From assembly GCA_965202985.1 (NCBI GenBank), contig CBDBCF010000001.1, forward strand, positions 416,001 to 480,000: a stretch of DNA of 64,000 nt. Direction: 5' to 3'. This stretch comes from Longimicrobiales bacterium. Lineage in GTDB: Bacteria; Gemmatimonadota; Gemmatimonadetes; Longimicrobiales; Gaopeijiaceae. Position numbers and translations under genes: made by a program. Shown in pieces: positions 58,390-64,000 of this stretch; position 1 is the stretch's first letter; each line of letters starts with the position of its first letter. The notes below the pieces were generated by a model. The model was given only the letters and a program-made list of their open reading frames with translations. It had not been told where the DNA came from and made no database searches.

Positions 58390-60171
58390 CTAGGCCGTGT
58401 GCCGGCCCGAACCCGCGGGCGCACCCCGGCGCGCGAAGTAGGCCGCCAGGAGCACGGCCGTGCTGCCGCCGAACAGGAACTTTGCCGTGGCCGGCAGCGT
58501 GGACGGCGAGACGAACCCCTCCACGATCCCCGCCAGGACCAGGAGCACGGCGGCGCCGCCCAGGATCGACAACGCCTCCCGTCCGCGCATCGCCAGCGCG
58601 GCCCGGCGGGTGCGCCGTCCCGGCGTCAGCATCCCCGTCGCCAGCACGAGACCCGCCCCGCCGGCCAAGCAGATCGCCGTGAGCTCGAGCACGCCGTGGG
58701 GCGACACGAAGGCCAGCAGCACGTCCAAGACGCCTTGGTTGGCGTAGAGCCCGAAGGCCGCGCCGAGGTGCACGCCGTTGAAGACCAGGATCGTCGCCGT
58801 GCCGACCCCGGCCAGGACGCCCCCGGCAAAGGCGATGAAGGCGACCTGCAGGTTGTTCGTCATGATCGTCGACGAGAACATGGGCATGGCGGCGCCGGGA
58901 ACGTCCACGTAGGCGGCGTCGATGTCGCCGGGCGCGGTGTTCTCGGCACGGGCCATCATTCCCGCCGGCATGATGTTGCGCGCCAGGGCCGGGTCGGCGC
59001 GGACGGCCCCGTAGGTCGCCGCCATGGGCCCGAAGAGCAGCAGCCCCGCCAGCAGCACGCTCCACCTTCTCGCGCGAACGGCAGCGGGAAGGCCAGCCGT
59101 CAGCCACCGCCGCACCGGCTTCCCCGACGACCGACGCGGGGCGCGATAGAGCAGGTTGTGGCCTGCTCCCGCCCACCTCTCCAACGCCGACAGTACGGCC
59201 GGGGGCGCGCCGTAGGTCCGCGCCCGCTCCAAGTCGGCGGCCACGCCCCGGTACAGTCGCCCGAAGGAGCGGACTTCGCCTTCGGAGAGCGACGGGAGGC
59301 TTCGCACCACCGCTTCGTCGACGCGGCGCCGGTAGTCGTCCCAGGACTGCTTGCGTTCACGCACCAAGGCCGCGGCCTGCAGGTCCCACTTGACTCGGCC
59401 GCCCGCATGGCGCGGAGCTTCGTCGGCGTGCAGCCGGAGCAGGAAGCCGTGCCGGGGCATGGCGTCGTCGAAGTCGGGGTGGGCCTCCGCCTCGGGGCGA
59501 AGGGCTTCCAGCACCGAGTTGGCCACCCGGTCGCGCGCAGCTCGGGGCAAGCGGGCCTGCCGCTCGACGAACGACGCCAGCAGCTCGAACTGCGAACCCG
59601 CGAGCAGCGGACGCCCGGGAGCGGCGGCAGGCGGATCGGGCCAAGCGAGGTCTCCCGAGCCGCGGTCGCGCACCACGATCGTGTCGGCGGCCAGGTCGCC
59701 CAGGCGCTGCGTGCGGCGGCCGAGCATCATGAACGCGCCCCCCAGCACGCCGGTGGGGAAGGGCTGCAGGTCCACGACCCGCACCAAGTTGCGGATCGCC
59801 GAGCCCTGAAGCGTCAGCGGCTGGCCGCCCGAGTGAACGACGCGCAGTCCGAACAAGCGCTTCCCGGGTGTCCGTCCGTCGTGGAACGCCTCGAACAGCA
59901 GAAAGTAGCCCCACTGGAACAGGAACAGCACGAAGATCAGCACCGCTAAGACGGTCCCGGTCGCGTACTCCGAGACGCCGAGCCGCGCCACGAACACGAA
60001 GCCGAGCACCACGGTCGCGAACGCCGCGACCACGAGCGCACCGTCGGCCGCCATCGCCGCGAACCGGGACCCCAGGTCCGCCAAGTCGTAGCCCAGCCGG
60101 ACGTGTTCCGGCGTCTCGACTTGGACGCGACGGGACAGAGGGAGGGACGAAGGGGAGATCGACGGCTTCAT
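58390..60171 (-). CDS. RDD family - stage II sporulation protein M (SpoIIM/DUF95) fusion
   Basis: ETPEHV...LADLGSRF.A...D, GRTPGKR, RNLVRVVD, QRLGDLAADTIVV, then IMTNNLQVAF, PHGVLEL, AGIVEGFVSP. Confidence 0.9.
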   Translation of the reverse strand: MKPSISPSSLPLSRRVQVETPEHVRLGYDLADLGSRFAAMAADGALVVAAFATVVLGFVFVARLGVSEYATGTVLAVLIFVLFLFQWGYFLLFEAFHDGRTPGKRLFGLRVVHSGGQPLTLQGSAIRNLVRVVDLQPFPTGVLGGAFMMLGRRTQRLGDLAADTIVVRDRGSGDLAWPDPPAAAPGRPLLAGSQFELLASFVERQARLPRAARDRVANSVLEALRPEAEAHPDFDDAMPRHGFLLRLHADEAPRHAGGRVKWDLQAAALVRERKQSWDDYRRRVDEAVVRSLPSLSEGEVRSFGRLYRGVAADLERARTYGAPPAVLSALERWAGAGHNLLYRAPRRSSGKPVRRWLTAGLPAAVRARRWSVLLAGLLLFGPMAATYGAVRADPALARNIMPAGMMARAENTAPGDIDAAYVDVPGAAMPMFSSTIMTNNLQVAFIAFAGGVLAGVGTATILVFNGVHLGAAFGLYANQGVLDVLLAFVSPHGVLELTAICLAGGAGLVLATGMLTPGRRTRRAALAMRGREALSILGGAAVLLVLAGIVEGFVSPSTLPATAKFLFGGSTAVLLAAYFARRGAPAGSGRHTA

Positions 60172-60219
60172 TTGGACCTGGCCAGCGCTTCGTTCGGTCC
60201 TGCGCCCAGCGCGGGAAAG

Positions 60220-60293
60220 TGCCGGAGGAGGGACTCGAACCCCCGACACGCGGATTATGATTCCGCTGCTCTAACCAGCTGAGCTACTCCGGC
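60220..60293 (-). tRNA. tRNA-Met (CAT), elongator type, CCA not encoded
   Basis: GCCGGAGTAGCTCAGCTGGTTAGAGCAGCGGAATCATAATCCGCGTGTCGGGGGTTCGAGTCCCTCCTCCGGCA. Full cloverleaf with paired 1:72 and no 3GC initiator stem. Confidence 0.95.
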
Positions 60294-60303
60294 GGGGGAA
60301 GGG

Positions 60304-60332
60304 AAGCTCCCAACGCCGGGCGCGACTGTCAA
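60304..60332 (-). promoter_or_regulatory. Putative sigma70 promoter for tRNA-Met
   Basis: Minus strand TTGACA-N17-GAGCTT ending about 10 bp before the tRNA. Confidence 0.55.
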
Positions 60333-60335
60333 GCC

Positions 60336-60367
60336 GAGGGCGACCCGTCAGGAGGGCGACCCGTCAG
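60336..60367. repeat. 16-bp tandem duplication
   Basis: GAGGGCGACCCGTCAG x2, immediately upstream of the tRNA -35 box. Confidence 0.85.
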
Positions 60368-60587
60368 GCCGACGGTCGGGTGCCCAACCCGGAGTGCTGG
60401 GGTCGTTCGCGACCGGGGCTGGCGGCCACGCGTCGCGCGCGTGCAAGCGAGGGCAGCGTGCCCACGATGACCCCGCGAGCGACCAGGTCGAGAATCCCCA
60501 AGCGCTGCGCGTGCGAGCGAAAGGATTCCGCGCCTTGCAACCGTCAACAGGTTGCGCAAGGTTCTTTGCACCAAGGGAGGCGTCCGG

Positions 60588-62233
60588 ATGCGGGAGTTCA
60601 ACACGGAAGGTCCGGTGGTGGCGGAAGACCACTACCACATCCCTCCTCTCGACCGCGCGAACCCTGCCGAGATCCAGCGGTTGCTGGCCCGGAAGCGCTA
60701 CTTCGTACTCCATGCGCCTCGGCAGACCGGGAAGACATCTGCTCTTCTGGCGTTGCAGGGCCTGCTGAACGCGCGGGGCGACTACTTGGTGTGGTGCGTG
60801 ACCAGCACCGAGGCGTCGGGGCCTGCTGAACGCGCGGGGCGACTACCGTTGCGTCTACGTCAACGTGGAAGGCGTGACAACGGCCCGCGAAGACGTGGAA
60901 GCTGCCGTCCGCACCGTCCTCAGCGAGCTGGCCGAAGCCGCTCGCGACACGCTGGGAGACGACTTCCTTGCCGAGACTTGGCCCGCCGTGCTGGCCAAGA
61001 GCGGCGGACACAGCGCATTGCGGGTGGCGCTGACTCGTTGGGCGCGGAACAGCGACCGACCGCTGGTCCTGCTCCTCGACGAGATCGACGCGCTGGTGGG
61101 CGACTCGCTCTTGTCGGTGTTGCGACAACTCCGGGCAGGCTACCACCTGCGCCCCGCGGGCTTCCCCCAGAGCGTGGTCCTGTGCGGCGTCCGGGACGTG
61201 CGCGACTACCGCATCCGCTCCGGTTCGGCGAACACGATGGTCGCCGGAGGCAGCGCCTTCAACATCAAGGCCGAGTCGTTGCGCTTGGGCGACTTCTCCC
61301 CGGACGAAGTGCGCGACCTGCTCGGACAGCATACCGCCGAAACCGGCCAGCCGTTCACCGATGGCGCGTTGGGCGCGGTCCGGACGCAGACCCAGGGCCA
61401 GCCCTGGCTCGTCAACGCACTGGCCTACCATGCGTGCTTCCGCGGCGAGCTGGCGAAGGACAGGTCGCGCGCCGTGACCGAAGCCGATGTGCTTGACGCC
61501 CGGGAAGCGTTGATCCTGCGTCGCGACACCCACCTGGACCAGCTCACCGACAAGCTGCGCGAGGACCGCGTCTGGCGGGTCGTGGAGCCGATCCTGACCG
61601 GCGCCGGCGAGTCGTCCTACACCGCTCGGGACGTGGAGTACATCCGAGACCTGGGGCTGATCGCCCGCGATCCGCCGGTCCGCATCGCCAACCCCATCTA
61701 CGCCGAGGTCGTGCCTCGGGAGCTGACTTGGTTGGCCCAGGACGACCTGCCCCACGATCCGGCCTGGTACGTGGACGCCTCCGGCGCACTGCTGCTGGGC
61801 AAGCTGTTGGAGGGCGTTTCAGCAGTTCTACCGCGAGAACTCGGAGCACTGGGTCGAGCGCTACGGCTTCAAGGAGGCGGGACCGCAGCTGCTCTTGCAG
61901 GCGTTCTTGCAGAGGGTCGTCAACAGCGGCGGGCGGATCGAACGGGAGTATGCGCTGGGGACGGGTCGCACCGACTTGCTGATCGTCTGGCCGGAAGGCG
62001 ACGCGGTGCGCCGGTACGTGGTCGAGTGCAATGTTCGCCACGAGCGTCGGGGCCTGGAGCGCACCGTGGCCGAGGGCGTGGAGCAGACGACGGTGTACCT
62101 GGATCGATGCGGCGCCGAGGCCGGGCACTTGGTCGTTTTCGACCGCGACCAAGGGCGCAGTTGGGACGAGAAGGTGTTTCGCGGCAAGCACACCACCGAG
62201 AGCGGCGTCGAGATCGCGGTGTGGGGGATGTGA
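60588..62233 (+). pseudogene. AAA ATPase-PD-(D/E)xK paralogue of 23499..25109, frameshifted twice
   Basis: MREFNTEGP..APRQTGKTS. A net 61-bp insertion at 60786-60846 and an extra G at 61812-61814 break the frame. C-terminal VECN replaces the paralogue's IECK. Confidence 0.9.
60758..60846. repeat. 28-bp direct repeat - 33-bp unique insert - 28-bp direct repeat (CRISPR-like single unit)
   Basis: GGGCCTGCTGAACGCGCGGGGCGACTAC at 60758-60785 and 60819-60846, flanking TTGGTGTGGTGCGTGACCAGCACCGAGGCGTCG. Confidence 0.95.
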
Positions 62234-62380
62234 TCGCGATGCCAAGCCCGCGACTTGTCAGCCGGCCCCTCGGTCCTCCAATTGGGAGATCGCGCCGGGC
62301 TGTCGTCGCGCAAGTCGCGACTCGGGCCGGAGCGGCTGGCCGGCGTTGGGCGACCGACCGTCTTCTCGCAGGAGGAAATC

Positions 62381-63364
62381 ATGGAACTGGCATTCTTGGT
62401 CGGGGCGGGGGCGTTCGCCCTCACGGGCGTCTTGAGTTCGCTTCGCATCCTTTGGGAGTACGAGCGGGGCGTGGTCTTCCGCCTGGGCAAGCTGACCCGC
62501 GCCAAGGGGCCCGGCATCGTCTTCCTGGTGCCCTACGGGGTCGAGCGGATGCGGAAGATGGACCTGCGCATCATCGCCCTGGACATCGCGCCCCAGGACA
62601 CGATCACCAAGGACAACGTGAGCTGCACGGTGAACGCCGTGGTGTACTTCCGCGTGGTGGACCCCTCCAAGGCCGTGGTGGAGGTGGAGGACTACTACTT
62701 CGCGACCAGTCAGATCGCCCAGACCACCTTGCGCAGCGTGGTGGGCCAGTCGGAGCTGGACGAACTGCTGGCCGAGCGCGAGCGCATCAACGAGATCGTG
62801 CGGCGGATCATCGACCTGGAAACGGACCCGTGGGGGATCGAGGTCACCAGCGTCGAGATCAAGGACATCGACCTGCCCAAGGAGATGAAGCGCGCGATGG
62901 CGAAGCAGGCCGAAGCCGAGCGCGAGCGTCGGGGCAAGGTGATCGCCGCCGAGGGCGAGTTCCAGGCGTCCAAGAAGCTGTCGGCGGCGGCCCAGGTCAT
63001 TGCGCAGCATCCGGTGGCGCTGCAGCTGCGCTTCCTCCAGACCGTGGTGGAGGTGGCGGCGGAGAACAACTCGACCACCCTGTTTCCGATCCCCGTGGAC
63101 CTGTTCGCGCCGTTCCTGGGGAAGTCGGCCGAAGGCGCGGCGCTCGCCCCCGAGACGGCCAAGGCCCTGGCCGAGACCACGGCCCTGGGCCTGGGACTGG
63201 ACCAAGCCGAGGTGGCGCGGGCCGTCGAGTCGGGCGACGCCCGCAAGCTGCTGGAAGGCGCACGGAAGGCCCTGGGAGTGGGCGAAGAAGACGACGCCGA
63301 AGCCGCGGTTGCCGCCGGCGCAGCCCACGCCGACGAAGCCGCCTCGCCGGCGGAGAAGAAGTAA
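62381..63364 (+). CDS. SPFH/stomatin-like (slipin) protein
   Basis: [21 protein letters not shown]...[45 protein letters not shown]. Confidence 0.94.
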   Translation: MELAFLVGAGAFALTGVLSSLRILWEYERGVVFRLGKLTRAKGPGIVFLVPYGVERMRKMDLRIIALDIAPQDTITKDNVSCTVNAVVYFRVVDPSKAVVEVEDYYFATSQIAQTTLRSVVGQSELDELLAERERINEIVRRIIDLETDPWGIEVTSVEIKDIDLPKEMKRAMAKQAEAERERRGKVIAAEGEFQASKKLSAAAQVIAQHPVALQLRFLQTVVEVAAENNSTTLFPIPVDLFAPFLGKSAEGAALAPETAKALAETTALGLGLDQAEVARAVESGDARKLLEGARKALGVGEEDDAEAAVAAGAAHADEAASPAEKK

Positions 63365-63368
63365 CCGG

Positions 63369-64000
63369 CTACCGAGCGACCGTGGCGCCGTTGGCCGCCT
63401 CGGCCAGCAGGTCGTCCCCCGTGTCGCACTCCACCACAGCGTGGCCAACATGGACCAGTTGGTCGGGACCCATCGCCCCCACCAGCCCCTCCAAGTGCTT
63501 CGCCGTCTCCGCCCCGAACTTCCGCGACGCCAAACGAAGCACCATCTCCCGGTGACCTCGGGCCACCCCCTGCTTCACGCCCCGCTTCACGCCCTTCGCC
63601 ATGCCCGTGCGCTGTTGTTCCTCCACCCACTGCTCGTACGTTTGTTCCATCTCCGGCGCCTCCTCTGGTTGAATGATCTGCCGCTCGACGACCCGCCTCC
63701 GCTCCGCCGGCACGCCCGCCGCGCGCATCCGCTCGTCCGTCCACTTCGCGAACGCCCGGCGCGCCGACGCATGCTCCTCCCCGGCCCACTGCTTTGCCAA
63801 TGAAGCGTGCACCCGCCGAAAGGCGTCCCACGGCTTCCGTTCCAGTGTGCCCAGCCAGCCCAGCAACGAGTCCTCCGGCAGCAAGTCTTGCGCCGACGCC
63901 GACTGCAAGTCAAGCACTTCGTAGCTGTGCGTGCTCGCGCCAGCGCAGGCCCAGACCGCACCGGGAGGCGGCTGCGGCGTCCGCGTCAGGGCGGCCAAGC
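63369..64000 (-). CDS. Rpn family nuclease paralogue (5' part outside the window)
   Basis: VLDLQSA..QDLLP.DS.L.W...LE and MVLR.ASR.FGAETA..LEGLV..MG...L..VG.AVV.CDTGD.LL shared with 18842..19903. Confidence 0.85.
   Translation of the reverse strand, partial: LAALTRTPQPPPGAVWACAGASTHSYEVLDLQSASAQDLLPEDSLLGWLGTLERKPWDAFRRVHASLAKQWAGEEHASARRAFAKWTDERMRAAGVPAERRRVVERQIIQPEEAPEMEQTYEQWVEEQQRTGMAKGVKRGVKQGVARGHREMVLRLASRKFGAETAKHLEGLVGAMGPDQLVHVGHAVVECDTGDDLLAEAANGATVAR

Noticed and set aside
60220..60293. tRNA as an integration site, or as initiator/Ile2 tRNA
   Set aside because: No integrase and no duplicated tRNA 3' end were seen. The paired 1:72 base and the anticodon stem do not fit an initiator. 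The sequence fits elongator Met better than Ile2, though tRNAscan-SE would settle it.
60758..60846. Canonical CRISPR array
   Set aside because: Only two repeats, the repeat is coding sequence of the host gene, it is not a full palindrome, and there is no leader or cas gene in the window. Reported as a candidate ectopic integration instead.

Overview
High-GC (about 70%, estimated by eye) bacterial chromosome segment. Gene content and style suggest a Gemmatimonadota-like genome (inference). 1-32 kb is largely accessory. It holds a CoA-ester lyase, an acyl-CoA dehydrogenase and a 981-aa multidomain unknown, then an IS1182-like element. A low-GC sacsin/NOV-like GHKL ATPase gene is destroyed by two near-identical ISL3 copies plus frameshifts. 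Two paralogous DUF1592 (di-haem) - DUF1552 (Tat) - ankyrin (C-terminal CxxC) operons are separated by an Rpn nuclease gene, and the second operon is split by a three-gene defence cassette (DUF262-HNH, type IIG-like R-M fusion, AAA ATPase-PD-(D/E)xK). 32-50 kb is mostly housekeeping: M28 peptidase, RluA-family synthase, ileS, PNP, yggS, exbB-exbD-exbD-tonB, cdaA, ftsH, hpt, tilS, GDPD, SDR, nfo, rmlC. 50-64 kb holds an NDT/TIR-like orphan, DUF1028, a MoxR-DUF58-DUF4350-DUF4129-RDD/SpoIIM cluster, tRNA-Met, a decayed AAA-nuclease paralogue, a stomatin-like gene and a second Rpn. The most striking signal is a 33-bp insert between perfect 28-bp direct repeats (61-bp period) inside the AAA paralogue, which is the geometry of a type I-E Cas1-Cas2 off-target spacer integration. 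No cas genes or canonical CRISPR array lie in the window. All family calls are by motif recognition; no database search was run.
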